Shown: positions 30,079-40,513, numbered from the stretch's first letter. The stretch is DNA of 64,000 nt from an uncultured Desulfosarcina sp. (GCA_963674945.2 CAXXWQ010000002.1:512001-576000); one strand, 5' to 3'. Program-made: numbers and translations. The notes: generated by a model from the sequence alone, not told the origin.

Positions 30079-30121
30079 AATTCAGGAGAATGTGTTTGGG
30101 ACACATTCTCCTGAATTTTAT
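30075..30121. terminator. Bidirectional terminator-like hairpin
   Basis: Perfect 21-bp inverted repeat ATAAAATTCAGGAGAATGTGT / ACACATTCTCCTGAATTTTAT with a 5-nt loop between convergent genes. Confidence 0.8.
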
Positions 30122-30128
30122 CCTGTGA

Positions 30129-31394
30129 TTAATGTTTCGTCCCCTTCACGCCCTTCATGGAAAACGGGTCAAGCGTCGTTGTCGAATCAATGGAAGGGTA
30201 CGCCCGGGTAAGAGAATCAGCCATGAAATTCGATCCGGCGGAAAGGGCGACCGAATCCGTGGCATTGAGGGGAACGACTTTGGCCCGTTTGACGAAGTTG
30301 AAATCGGTGGCCGATGCGGTGGTATAAGCACCCATCATGTGTCCGACCACGATATTCCCCAGTTCCATGGGGGGAAGGTATACATCCTCGGCGATCAGGT
30401 CGATGCTGTCGCATGTAGGGCCTGCCAGGACGCTGGGAAACCGGCGATCGTCATCCGAAAAAATTTCCAACGGGTAACGCGTGTGATCGTACAACTGGCC
30501 GCTGAAGGAGCCGTATACCCCGTCGTCCAGATAATACCAGTATCGCCCTTGGCGAAGGGCCTTGCCGATGACGGTGGCGATGCACTTTGCCGACGGCGCC
30601 GAGAGAAATCGGCCCGGCTCGGCGATGACGTTGACATAGGGCGGCAATTCGGCCAGGGCATGAACGATGGGCGCACAATAGGCACCGATGTCTACATGAC
30701 CGAAATCGTAGGCCACGGGAAAGCCTCCGCCGATATCCAGGATGCTGATGGGAACGTCGCTGTCTGCATGGTGGCGGCGAATGATGGCATTGCACGCGGC
30801 GATGGCTTCCACCTGTCGTCTCGCATCGGTGCATTGGGAGCCTACGTGAAAGCTGAGCCCTTTGAAGTGGATACCCAATTTCCTGGCCAGATCCAGCATT
30901 CCGGGTACTTCCGCAATATCGCAGCCGAACTTCTTTGACAAATCCACCACCGCCGCACTGCTGCGGAAACTGATGCGAAGGAGAAGCCCCACCCGATTCT
31001 TGTAGGGCAGAAATTTGAGCAGTTCGTCGGCGTTGTCCACGACGAAAGTGGTACAACCGTAGCGAAGCGCATCGCGGATATCACTGTCCCGTTTAATGGG
31101 ATGGGTATGAATGGTTCGCCGGGCAGGAATATGCAGTTGCCGCACCAGATCGATCTCGCCCGAACTGGCTACGTCGAATCCGGCCCCCATATTGTAAAGC
31201 CAACCGACAAGGTCCGGCTGGGGAAAGGACTTGATGGCGTAGTATAGATCCACGCCGGGCAATGCCTGCTTCAGATCGTGGTATTGCGAACGAACCCGGC
31301 GGCCGTCCACGGCCACGAGGGGAGATCCGTGGGTTTGTATCAGCTTCCGGTAGAAAGCGCCCTGTTTTACGCTATCCCTACGAATGGTATTCAT
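30129..31394 (-). CDS. Fold-type III PLP-dependent decarboxylase (ornithine/lysine decarboxylase)
   Basis: YAIKS, FDVAS, KFG, FHVGSQ, LDIGGG, EPGR, GPTCDSID, GAYT; operonic with speDE. Confidence 0.9.
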   Translation of the reverse strand: MNTIRRDSVKQGAFYRKLIQTHGSPLVAVDGRRVRSQYHDLKQALPGVDLYYAIKSFPQPDLVGWLYNMGAGFDVASSGEIDLVRQLHIPARRTIHTHPIKRDSDIRDALRYGCTTFVVDNADELLKFLPYKNRVGLLLRISFRSSAAVVDLSKKFGCDIAEVPGMLDLARKLGIHFKGLSFHVGSQCTDARRQVEAIAACNAIIRRHHADSDVPISILDIGGGFPVAYDFGHVDIGAYCAPIVHALAELPPYVNVIAEPGRFLSAPSAKCIATVIGKALRQGRYWYYLDDGVYGSFSGQLYDHTRYPLEIFSDDDRRFPSVLAGPTCDSIDLIAEDVYLPPMELGNIVVGHMMGAYTTASATDFNFVKRAKVVPLNATDSVALSAGSNFMADSLTRAYPSIDSTTTLDPFSMKGVKGTKH

Positions 31395-32247
31395 TGCTTT
31401 GTTTTCCGATGATGTTCAATACATATTGGGGAAGGACGAAGGACGAGACGTGAATCTCGGGATTGTAGTACCGCGTCTCGATGCCGCTTTGGGCATATCG
31501 TCCTCTGATTGTCCGAAGATTCACCCGTCTGGGTTCCGGCGCGTCGCTGGCCCAGCCGAAGGTCATGCTTCCGCCGATATAGGTGGGAATGGCGGCATAG
31601 TAAAAATGCCAGTCCGCAAAGACACGGCCCAGCCGCGATGCGGTGGTTTCGACCTCTTCACGCTGCATGAAAACCACACCGTTCTGGGATACCAGGATGC
31701 CGCCGGGATTCAGGCATTTCTTGCAGGCCTGGTAGAAATCCGTACGAAACAACGCTTCTCCCGGACCGATGGGATCGGTGCTGTCGCTGATGATCACGTC
31801 GTATTGCCCGTCGGTGGTGGTGACGAAATTCAGCCCGTCGTCTATGACGATTCTCACCCGTGGGTCGTCGAAAGCCCCGTCTGAATGGCGGGGCAGGTGG
31901 GTTTTGCACATTTCGATGACCTGTCGGTCGATCTCCACCTGGGTAATTTCTTCCACGGTGTTATGGCGGACCACCTCCCGTAGCATGCCACCGTCTCCAC
32001 CGCCGATGATCAGTACACGTTTGACATTACCGTGGGCGAAAATGGGAACATGAGTGAGCATTTCATGGTAGATGAACTCATCTTTTTCGGTGGTCTGCAC
32101 CACGCCGTCGAGCACAAGCACCCGTCCGAATGCCGCATTTTTGAAGATAACGATGTGCTGGTGGTCGGACTTTACCTCGAAGAGCAGTTCGTCGATGCGA
32201 AAGGTCTGTCCGTAACTGTCGTAAAGGGTTTCGATGAAGTCAGGCAT
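31378..32247 (-). CDS. speE: Polyamine aminopropyltransferase (spermidine synthase)
   Basis: LDGVVQTTEKDEFIYHEML, LIIGGGDGG, DVIISDSTDP; ATG 32247. Confidence 0.95.
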   Translation of the reverse strand: MPDFIETLYDSYGQTFRIDELLFEVKSDHQHIVIFKNAAFGRVLVLDGVVQTTEKDEFIYHEMLTHVPIFAHGNVKRVLIIGGGDGGMLREVVRHNTVEEITQVEIDRQVIEMCKTHLPRHSDGAFDDPRVRIVIDDGLNFVTTTDGQYDVIISDSTDPIGPGEALFRTDFYQACKKCLNPGGILVSQNGVVFMQREEVETTASRLGRVFADWHFYYAAIPTYIGGSMTFGWASDAPEPRRVNLRTIRGRYAQSGIETRYYNPEIHVSSFVLPQYVLNIIGKQSNEYHS

Positions 32248-32725
32248 TGGACACCACCCCCCGCAGATTTTCATTGATATGCATGTCCGTCGGCGAAAAG
32301 GCATGCTGTAAGACTGAGATCGCCTCTTCGGGTCTGGCATCGCCACACATGAAGATATCGAAGGCCGCAAAATCGCGTTCGGGCCAGGTATGTACGCTGA
32401 TGTGGGATTCCGCCAGGACCGCTACCCCGGAGATGCCTCCGTTGGGAAGGAAATGGTGCAGGTGGATGTGCAAGAGGGTCGCCCGGCATTTATGGACGCA
32501 TTCACGCAATGCGGATTCCATGATGTTCAGGTCGTCCAGGTGTTTGGCGCCCCATAGGTCGACGATGAGATGTGTCCCGGCGAAAAGGACGCCGTTCCTC
32601 TCGACGAAGTGGTCTTCGTTTTCGCCGTTGACACTGATTTGGTGGTGTGCCGGCCAATTGTTCCTGAAAGATGGTGCGTGGATTGGTTGGGTCGGTTTAA
32701 CCGCCGCTAAATAGTTCTCCTTCAT
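32240..32725 (-). CDS. speD: S-adenosylmethionine decarboxylase proenzyme
   Basis: GTHLIVDL, GGISGVAVLAESHISVHTWPE, DIFMCG. Confidence 0.95.
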   Translation of the reverse strand: MKENYLAAVKPTQPIHAPSFRNNWPAHHQISVNGENEDHFVERNGVLFAGTHLIVDLWGAKHLDDLNIMESALRECVHKCRATLLHIHLHHFLPNGGISGVAVLAESHISVHTWPERDFAAFDIFMCGDARPEEAISVLQHAFSPTDMHINENLRGVVSNA

Positions 32726-32788
32726 TCATTGGGCCCCCCTTCCGGTGGAAAGTAGAGAGTGGGAAACTGACTCGCCAGCCAAGGCGAA

Positions 32789-32818
32789 ATTGTAAAAATC
32801 GCAGCGGATTTAATGCAA
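32789..32818 (-). promoter_or_regulatory. Putative sigma70 promoter of the speD operon
   Basis: Minus strand TTGCAT-18 nt-TACAAT with a T-tract upstream. Confidence 0.5.
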
Positions 32819-32899
32819 GAAAAAAAAAAGTACAAGTGTTTTTTGGTGCGGAACGATTTTTATTCAGTTTTGATAACCTGTTTCTCTATCCCAGGTCAG

Positions 32900-33049
32900 A
32901 GATAAGTGGTTCTACCGTAAGATTTTTTCAAGAATCCAGGAGTCAGAATTCAGAATCCAGAATCAGGTATTCGCCTTCGGCTCGATCCATCCATTCATTC
33001 TGACTCCTGTGGTTTTCCACGATCGCAGCCCCTCTTCCAGGGTGAGTCC
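32900..33049 (+). repeat. Family C composite repeat, copy 2 (overlaps the 3' end of the GT2 gene)
   Basis: Matches the 17880 and 50043 copies. Confidence 0.85.
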
Positions 33050-33894
33050 AACGCCCCTGCTTCTTCCGGTCTCCTGGCGATTCGCTCATATCGGGCCGCT
33101 TCGGTCATCCGGCCCCGTTTGCGACATCCCTTGGCGTAGATGGCACATTTGGTTGAAAGCATGGTCCGGGCGTCTCTTTTTTGCTGGGCGGACAATCCGC
33201 CCTCGTTTAAGAGACCCACGATGGATTGAATGCGGAATCTGTCCAATTCCGGCATGCGGGAGAGCTGGTCCCCGTGGCCTCCGTGTTTTTCGATGAGCGG
33301 TCGATCGATGAGAAAGATGGCATGTTTTCGAGCGATTCTAAGCCACAGATCGTAATCTTCACAGGCGGGGAGCGATTCATCAAAGAGTCCCACCTCTCGC
33401 AGCAGACGGCGCCGGATCATGACCGCCGAAGGGCTCACCAGGCAAAGGGCCAGGCTGGGTGAAAAGATCATTCCCGATGGCTTTCGATGGCGCTTTCCGG
33501 GATTGACCCGAACGCCGTTTCGAATCCAGATCTCCTGGGTCTGGCAGATCTGTGCATCCGGGTGGCCGGTAAAAAAGGCCACCTGGGTCGCCAATTTTCC
33601 CGGCAGCCATCGGTCATCGGAATCCAAAAGGGCGATCAAGTCGCCGCAAGCCGCCCGGATCCCCCTGTTGCGGGCGGCGCTGACACCCTGGTTTTCCTGG
33701 CGGATAACGTGGATTTGCTTTCCATACGCCGACAGCAGGGCCGGCGTGTCGTCGGTGGAGCCGTCATCCACCACGATCAGTTCGGTGTCTTCGTAATCCT
33801 GAACAAGCACCGAATCGATGGCCGCCCGAAGTGTCCATGCCCGATTGTAGGTGGGAATGATCACACTGACCATTGGTTTTTCATTTTCAACCAT
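32995..33894 (-). CDS. Glycosyltransferase family 2
   Basis: VSVIIPTYNR, VVDDGSTD, GVSAARNRG, LDSDD, EDYDLWLR; ATG 33894 after AAGGA. Confidence 0.93.
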   Translation of the reverse strand: MVENEKPMVSVIIPTYNRAWTLRAAIDSVLVQDYEDTELIVVDDGSTDDTPALLSAYGKQIHVIRQENQGVSAARNRGIRAACGDLIALLDSDDRWLPGKLATQVAFFTGHPDAQICQTQEIWIRNGVRVNPGKRHRKPSGMIFSPSLALCLVSPSAVMIRRRLLREVGLFDESLPACEDYDLWLRIARKHAIFLIDRPLIEKHGGHGDQLSRMPELDRFRIQSIVGLLNEGGLSAQQKRDARTMLSTKCAIYAKGCRKRGRMTEAARYERIARRPEEAGALDSPWKRGCDRGKPQESE

Positions 33895-34340
33895 CGTCCT
33901 TCCTTTTACCACCCATCGAAAAATGGAATAGGCGATGCTGCAGAAAACAGCAAGATCCAAACAGCGACTTTTTACGAGTTCATCAAATATCGTCGGCCTG
34001 ATATCGGTGTCCTCATTGGTTGACAGAAGAAATATTATGCTTTAGCCTTTAGTGATCCTCGATATTTCTCCTAAGAAATGCGAACGTTATCATTCTCGTC
34101 GTGCCTATATTGATTTCAGTCGGGGATTCGGCCGCCACTTTTTGGTTGTTCTACTGTATTTACCGTTTGTTAGAAATTGGTATGTTGGCTCGCCGATGGT
34201 GCGCAGCATTTCTGCCGAAATTTTTCATTTTCAATATAACTATCCGATATTTTAGTTTATTTAAATAGTAATTCTTTGCATTCCGGCCACATTCGGCCTT
34301 ATTTCGTAAGATAAAACACCAAAATAAGAAGGAGGAACCC

Positions 34341-35318
34341 ATGAAGAGAGCAGCAATTCTGGCCCTGTTTGTCGCGATTTCATTCGTTTTCGGATTCGCC
34401 GTGGTGGATGTACAGGCGAAAACCACCTTCGTCACCATCGGTACAGGCGGCATTACAGGCGTCTACTATCCCACTGGCGGGGCCATCGCCAAGATGGTCA
34501 ACGCCAAACGAAAACAATACGGCATTCGGGCCACCGTGGAATCTACCGGCGGTTCGGTATTCAATATCAATGCGATCATGGCCGGTGACCTGGAGTTTGG
34601 CGTGGCGCAGTCCGATCGCCAGTACCAGGCATGGGAAGGCATCGCAGACTGGAAGGACAAGGGACCCCAAAAGGATCTTCGTGCGGTGTTCTCCATCCAT
34701 GCCGAAACCGTGGATCTCATCGCCGCGGTGGATGCCGGTATCAACACCATCCAGGATTTAAAAGGCAAGAGGGTGAACATCGGTAACGTCGGCTCCGGTT
34801 ATCGCCAGAACGCCATCGACGCCCTGGTGGCCAACGGATTGGATTACGAAAAGGATTTCCACGCCGAGAGCATAAAGGCCGCCGAGGCACCGGGCCTCAT
34901 CCAGGACGGCCGCATCGATGCCGCCTTTTATACCGTGGGCCATCCCAGCGGTTACTACAAAGAGGCCACGGCCGGTGCCCGAAAGGTGAAATTCATCTCC
35001 ATTCCCAATGCGGACAAACTGGTCGCAAAATACCCCTACTATGCCAAGGCAAAGACCCTGATGTCCAACTATCCGGGGGCCGCCAACACCGAAGATGCCG
35101 TCGAAACCTTCGGCGTCAAGGCCACCTTCGTTACCAGTGCCAAGGTGCCCGATAATGTGGTCTATGCCATCGTCAAGGAGGTGTTCGACAATTTTGACAG
35201 TTTCAAGAAGCTGCATCCGGCCTATGAGGGCCTCACCAAAGAGGACATGCTCACCGGTCTCTCCGCACCCATTCATCCCGGTGCCATGAAATATTACAAG
35301 GAGGTCGGCCTTAAATAG
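34341..35318 (+). CDS. TAXI-family TRAP transporter solute-binding protein
   Basis: Signal peptide; IGTGGITGVYYP, STGGSVFNI, IHPGAMKYYKE. Confidence 0.95.
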   Translation: MKRAAILALFVAISFVFGFAVVDVQAKTTFVTIGTGGITGVYYPTGGAIAKMVNAKRKQYGIRATVESTGGSVFNINAIMAGDLEFGVAQSDRQYQAWEGIADWKDKGPQKDLRAVFSIHAETVDLIAAVDAGINTIQDLKGKRVNIGNVGSGYRQNAIDALVANGLDYEKDFHAESIKAAEAPGLIQDGRIDAAFYTVGHPSGYYKEATAGARKVKFISIPNADKLVAKYPYYAKAKTLMSNYPGAANTEDAVETFGVKATFVTSAKVPDNVVYAIVKEVFDNFDSFKKLHPAYEGLTKEDMLTGLSAPIHPGAMKYYKEVGLK

Positions 35319-35516
35319 ACCATCCAGAGATGGTTTCCTGTTTTTCTGGTTAGACACTGATGGGTTCGGTCTTGTCCGGACGATATCGCCGGATCGGCGG
35401 GCATCGCCTTCGGGTGCCATGCCCGCCGGCCCCATCTTCTCCCCGATTCGATCTGCAATCGCTATGGGGTTTTCGGGTCGGGGGAAACCGATTTGCAAGA
35501 ATGCGGGTGACTTTCG

Positions 35517-37580
35517 ATGACGGACAACGCTGCAAATGGACATGATGACGGCCTGGATATCGCCAAACGCATGGCGGAAGAGGAAGAGGGGATCGGGCGG
35601 CGACCCGAGGGGCCTTCCAAGTGGGTGATTCCCACCATCTGCGTGGCATGGAGCCTGTTTCAGCTATCCATTGCCAGCTGGTTGATCCTGGAAACCACTT
35701 TCATACGGTCCATCCATCTGGGGTTCGCCCTGCTCGTCGTCTATCTCAACTATCCTTTCATTAAAAAATCCATACCCGGTCTCGGATTCCTCTCCGCAAA
35801 GGACCGCATTCCCATCTTCGATTATGTGATCGCGGTTGTCGCCTGTTTTTGTGCCCTGTACATCGCCATCGACTACGAGGGGATGACCTTGCGATACGGG
35901 GATCCGATCCTGCGGGATATCCTAATTGGTATGGGTTTGGTGGTGCTTTTGCTGGAGGCCTCCCGGCGGGTCATCGGTCCGGCCCTTCCCATTATCGGCC
36001 TGGCGTTCATCATCTATGCCTTCGCCGGGCCGTACATGCCCGATCTCATCGCCTTCAAAGGGGTCTCCCTGAATCGTTTCGTGGGACAGATGACCATGTC
36101 CACCGAGGGTATTTACGGTATCCCGTTGGACGTATCGGCTACTATTGTTTTTCTCTTCGTGCTGTTTGGTGCCATGCTGGACAAGGCCGGAGCCGGCCGA
36201 TACTTCATCCAGCTGGCCCTGAGTCTCTTGGGGGGCTTTAAAGGGGGACCGGCCAAGGCCGCCATCATGGGCAGCGGACTCACCGGCCTGGTTTCCGGAT
36301 CGAGCATCGCCAACATCGTCACCACCGGCACCTTCACCATTCCCCTCATGAAAAAGGTCGGGTATCCTCCCAAGAAGGCCGCCGCCGTGGAGGTGGCCGC
36401 CAGTACCGACGGCCAGCTGGCACCCCCTATCATGGGCGCCGCCGCCTTCATCATCGCAGAATATGTCAATGTGCCCTATGTGGATGTGATCAAGGCAGCG
36501 GCCATTCCTGCCTTTGCCTCCTATGCGGCCCTGTTCTATATCACCCACATCGAGGCGTCCAAACTGGGATTGCAGGGAATGCCCCGGTCCGAGCTGCCGC
36601 CTTTCTTCAAAACGTTCGTTGGCGGTCTGCAATATATTATTCCCATCCTGATGCTGCTCTATGAATTGATTGTGGTGCGCCATTCGCCGGAACTGGCTGC
36701 ATTCAACGCCATCTGGATCATGGCCATCATCATGCTCGTTCAACGGCCGGTCCAGGCCTATCTGAGAAAGGATCCCATGGGCCCGGCCTTTCGTCAGGGC
36801 ATTACAGAGATCTTCTCGGCCCTTGCCTCGGGCGCCCGAAACATGGTTTCGGTGGCCCTGGCCACGGCCGCCGCCGGGATCATCGTGGGCGTGGTCGCTT
36901 TAGGTCTGGGCCAGTTGGTCACGGCGATCATCGACACCCTGTCCGGCGGGAATATTTTTTTGATGTTGGTCATCACGGCGGTGGCAAGCCTGGTCATCGG
37001 TATGGGATTGCCCACCACGGCCACCTATATCGTCATGGCTTCCTTAACGGCACCGGCCATCGTGGAGATCGGCGCCTTTAACGATTTCATCGTTCCCCTC
37101 ATGGCGGCCCATCTCTTCTGTTTCTATTTCGGTATCCTGGCCGACGATACGCCGCCGGTGGGGCTGGCGGCCTATGCCGCGGCGGCCATCGCCAAATCAC
37201 CGCCGATTCCAACGGGGATCCAGGGCTTCATGTATGACATCCGAACGGCCATTTTGCCGTTCATGTTCATCTTCAATACCGATTTGATTCTGCACAACAT
37301 CAGCAGCTGGCCCCAGGGGATTCTGATCTTCATCATGGCCTGTCTGGGCAACTTCGCCTTCGCCTCGGCCACCCAGGGATGGTTCGTTGCCCGCAACAAG
37401 ATCTGGGAGGTGCCGTTATTCTTGGCGGTGACGTTGATATTGATGCGGCCGGACCTGATCGCCTCGCTGATCCGCATTCCCCAGGAACAACGCTACTGGA
37501 CCTATCTCATCGGATTGGCCCTTTTCGGTCTGTTGTACGTTATCCAGCGTCCGCGGATACCCAAACCGGCCGCCGCATAG
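35517..37580 (+). CDS. TRAP transporter 4TM/12TM fused permease
   Basis: GGPAKAA, SGSSIAN, PPIMGAAAF, GMGLPTTATY, DDTPPVGLAAY. Confidence 0.95.
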   Translation: MTDNAANGHDDGLDIAKRMAEEEEGIGRRPEGPSKWVIPTICVAWSLFQLSIASWLILETTFIRSIHLGFALLVVYLNYPFIKKSIPGLGFLSAKDRIPIFDYVIAVVACFCALYIAIDYEGMTLRYGDPILRDILIGMGLVVLLLEASRRVIGPALPIIGLAFIIYAFAGPYMPDLIAFKGVSLNRFVGQMTMSTEGIYGIPLDVSATIVFLFVLFGAMLDKAGAGRYFIQLALSLLGGFKGGPAKAAIMGSGLTGLVSGSSIANIVTTGTFTIPLMKKVGYPPKKAAAVEVAASTDGQLAPPIMGAAAFIIAEYVNVPYVDVIKAAAIPAFASYAALFYITHIEASKLGLQGMPRSELPPFFKTFVGGLQYIIPILMLLYELIVVRHSPELAAFNAIWIMAIIMLVQRPVQAYLRKDPMGPAFRQGITEIFSALASGARNMVSVALATAAAGIIVGVVALGLGQLVTAIIDTLSGGNIFLMLVITAVASLVIGMGLPTTATYIVMASLTAPAIVEIGAFNDFIVPLMAAHLFCFYFGILADDTPPVGLAAYAAAAIAKSPPIPTGIQGFMYDIRTAILPFMFIFNTDLILHNISSWPQGILIFIMACLGNFAFASATQGWFVARNKIWEVPLFLAVTLILMRPDLIASLIRIPQEQRYWTYLIGLALFGLLYVIQRPRIPKPAAA

Positions 37581-37619
37581 AAAGGCGACCGCGTAACGAA
37601 AAAGCCCAAGGAGTGCGCC

Positions 37620-38114
37620 ATGAAAGAGGTACAAAAGGTTCTCGCGGCCCTCGCCTTTTCCGACTATGCACAGGGAACATTCGATTTTGCCGCCCAATTC
37701 GCCCAAATGGCCGGTGCCGAGCTGATCGTAGCCAATGTGATCAACGTCCGGGATGTGGACTCGGTGCGGACCATCTCGGCCATGGGGTATGATGTGGATG
37801 GGGAACACTACGTGCAGAGCATCAAGGATGAGCGGCGCCGATTGCTGGAGAAGATCGTCTCCGCGTCCGGTTATCCCATGGAGAAAGTCCGGTCCGTATT
37901 TCGCATGGGCAACCCCATCGATGAACTGCTCAAACTGATATTAGAGGAAGAGATCGATGTCGTGGTCATGGGGCCGAAGGGGCGAACCGATCTGGAGCAT
38001 ATTCTTGTGGGGTCCGTGGCCGAAAAGATCTTCAGGCGTAGTCCGGCGACGATCATCTCCTATCGTGAAGAAAAGGTGGCCGAGCGGCTCAAAAAACGGA
38101 TCAAGCATCTATAG
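37620..38114 (+). CDS. Universal stress protein
   Basis: DVVVMGPKGRT...LVGSVAEKIFR; typical TAXI-TRAP partner. Confidence 0.92.
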   Translation: MKEVQKVLAALAFSDYAQGTFDFAAQFAQMAGAELIVANVINVRDVDSVRTISAMGYDVDGEHYVQSIKDERRRLLEKIVSASGYPMEKVRSVFRMGNPIDELLKLILEEEIDVVVMGPKGRTDLEHILVGSVAEKIFRRSPATIISYREEKVAERLKKRIKHL

Positions 38115-38123
38115 GAGAATATT

Positions 38124-38612
38124 ATGGGCAGACACCTCCGATGGTGCCTTTTTCTACCATTGGTCTGGTTTGTGTTGGCGATCCTCGGCAGCGCTGTTGC
38201 CGGCGAACGGTTCACCGATAACGGCGATGGCACGGTGACCGATCACCAGCTGGGATTGATGTGGGCCAAGAGCGACAACCAGGGAGATATCGACTGGAAG
38301 GAGGCGGGCCAGTGGATTCGATTCACCTTTCCCTATACCATCACTGCGACCTACGATAACTGGCGGATGCCGACATTAGAGGAACTTTCCAGCCTCTACA
38401 CGGGCAACGATAAAAAAGAGGGGTACGAGACCGCCTGCGGTCAATGGGTGCAGATCGTTCCGTATATCCGTCTCAGTTGCGGCTGGGTATGGTCGGCCGA
38501 GACGTCGGCAATTCAGGCCCATATCTTCAATTTTCATCGCGGCACCCGCTATACCGATCGGATGGCACACAAAAGGGGCTACCGCGCGCTTCCAGTGAGA
38601 GACCTCGAGTAG
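38124..38612 (+). CDS. DUF1566 (Lcl C-terminal) domain exported protein
   Basis: RFTDNGDGTVTD...GLMW, WRMPTLEEL, WSA, C-terminal VR. Confidence 0.88.
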   Translation: MGRHLRWCLFLPLVWFVLAILGSAVAGERFTDNGDGTVTDHQLGLMWAKSDNQGDIDWKEAGQWIRFTFPYTITATYDNWRMPTLEELSSLYTGNDKKEGYETACGQWVQIVPYIRLSCGWVWSAETSAIQAHIFNFHRGTRYTDRMAHKRGYRALPVRDLE

Positions 38613-38682
38613 CCAAGCGACATCAATGCGGTATAGAGGGAAATCGTATTCGGGGTTTACTGGCAGATCAGGGTAAGTGAGT

Positions 38683-38743
38683 GACGAAGGAAGATGGACG
38701 GTACGAGTATTACCTTTTCGTCCCTCGTCCATCTTTCCTCATC
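38683..38743. repeat. Inverted heptamer-like repeat hairpin
   Basis: GACGAAGGAAGATGGACG facing CGTCCCTCGTCCATCTTTCCTCATC. Confidence 0.6.
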
Positions 38744-38839
38744 TCTTCTTTTCGACCTCACAACGTAACAGAAAATCGGTCCTATTCCTACGAACAGCCA
38801 AGTTCCAATGCGCTCCCGCCGGACTCGATGCATACCGCC

Positions 38840-38868
38840 TTGACTCCACCTTTCAATCCTTCTATGAT
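38840..38868 (+). promoter_or_regulatory. Putative sigma70 promoter
   Basis: TTGACT-17 nt-TATGAT, ~60 nt upstream of the ATG at 38930. Confidence 0.6.
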
Positions 38869-38929
38869 GCATTGATTTGAAAACGACAAGATCGGCAACG
38901 AATCCGAACCGCCCACAGGCATAGTTTCC

Positions 38930-40417
38930 ATGACCGAAAAAACCCCGCTTCCAGAACGACTCGCCGCCATCCTCGTATACGGCCGGCCCGTTTTGGTATT
39001 TGGTGGAATGATCTGCGCCATCGCCGTCATGTGGTGGAGAAATCCCGTCGTCTACATCATCGGCGTGACGCTCCTCATTATCTCCATGGCGTTCGATCTG
39101 GTGGACGGGTGGTTCTCGGCACGATATCGGCCAAATGCGCCACTGGCGCCACTGGCCGACCGGTTGATGGACAAGCTGGTCTACTCCATTATTTTCCCGG
39201 TCATCTCGGCCGGAATGATGTGGCGCCTTCTGGTGTCGGAGACAGATCCCACGCAAGGTCAGCTCCTGCATGCGATCTTCGTTCTCGTACTATGTGTAAC
39301 GGTTCTGGTGCGGGACAGTTTCGCCGGATTTATGCGCGGATTCGCCATTCGTCAGGGCGTTGAACCGGAGAGCAGTGAATACAACCGGATGAGAACCATC
39401 GTAGCCGCTCCGGTCAGCGCGCTTCTTTATGCATATGCGTTCTATATCCCCGCAGGTCCGGAATCGTGGATCTATTTTCGGATCTCCTATCTGGGAAACG
39501 TCTCTCTCCGGGTGCTTTTGTTCGTCGAGATCCTCTTTTTCACCATCAACCTCGGTTCCATTGCCGGTTATTGTCGAAAATACGGCACCGCCTGTCTGGA
39601 CGAGTTATGTTTCGGAGACCAGGCGCTCAGACGAAAAATTCTGTCGGTGTTCCCCAACGCCTTGACGTTGATGAATGCGCTCATGGGAATCATGTCCGTT
39701 TTCTTCGCATACCAGGGACGACTGAGGGAGGCTTACCTGATGCTGATCGGAGCCGCCACCTTCGATAAATTGGATGGCGCACTGGCCAGACGCCTGGGAC
39801 TGACCGAACCCATGGATGATGCGCCGGTCAAGAAAAAGATCAGCATGGGGAGTATCCTGGACGATCTTGCCGATGCCATCAGTTTCTGCATCGTACCGGC
39901 CTGGATTTTTTACGTTACCCTGACCCAGTTCGGCCAAGGGCGCTTCTCCCAGGTACCCATGGCCTGGATCGCCTTGTTCTACGCTCTTGCGGGAATTGGC
40001 AGACTGGTTTACTTCACCCTGGACAAAGACCCGATCCCAGGTTTTTTCAAGGGATTACCGACGCCTGCAGCAGCCATGCTGGTCATGGCGCCCCTCGTGA
40101 TATTCGATCAGGCCATGGCGCTGGAATCCAATCGGATCATCCTCTGGGGAATTTTTTCCGCTGCCACGATGGTGGCTACGGGAATTATCATGAATCTGTA
40201 TCCCATCCGATATATTCACCTGGGGCGAACATTCAGCCGGCATCCGCGGTTTGGAAGGGCGAATCTGGTCCTGCTTTCCATCAGTATGTTCACGCCCATT
40301 TTCGGACAGATCTGCCTGGGATACATGATTCTTTACCTTCTTTCACCCGTTTATACATGGCGGATCCATCCGGAAGAGGCGGCAAAGGAAAGCCGCCGAT
40401 CCATGGTCGAGAGCTAA
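38930..40417 (+). CDS. Tandem two-domain CDP-alcohol phosphatidyltransferase
   Basis: Motif 1 FDLVDGWFSAR...ADRLMD; motif 2 PNALT...FDKLDGALAR...GSILDDLAD and FKGLPTPAAA. Confidence 0.88.
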   Translation: MTEKTPLPERLAAILVYGRPVLVFGGMICAIAVMWWRNPVVYIIGVTLLIISMAFDLVDGWFSARYRPNAPLAPLADRLMDKLVYSIIFPVISAGMMWRLLVSETDPTQGQLLHAIFVLVLCVTVLVRDSFAGFMRGFAIRQGVEPESSEYNRMRTIVAAPVSALLYAYAFYIPAGPESWIYFRISYLGNVSLRVLLFVEILFFTINLGSIAGYCRKYGTACLDELCFGDQALRRKILSVFPNALTLMNALMGIMSVFFAYQGRLREAYLMLIGAATFDKLDGALARRLGLTEPMDDAPVKKKISMGSILDDLADAISFCIVPAWIFYVTLTQFGQGRFSQVPMAWIALFYALAGIGRLVYFTLDKDPIPGFFKGLPTPAAAMLVMAPLVIFDQAMALESNRIILWGIFSAATMVATGIIMNLYPIRYIHLGRTFSRHPRFGRANLVLLSISMFTPIFGQICLGYMILYLLSPVYTWRIHPEEAAKESRRSMVES

Positions 40418-40513
40418 GCGCCTGTCCGTAGTCAAGGATACATGTGTCGCAAGGTGGTTTGTCTGAACGGTCCCACCTTCAAATGGAAGGCTTGGGTCTG
40501 GCTGGCGATACGC

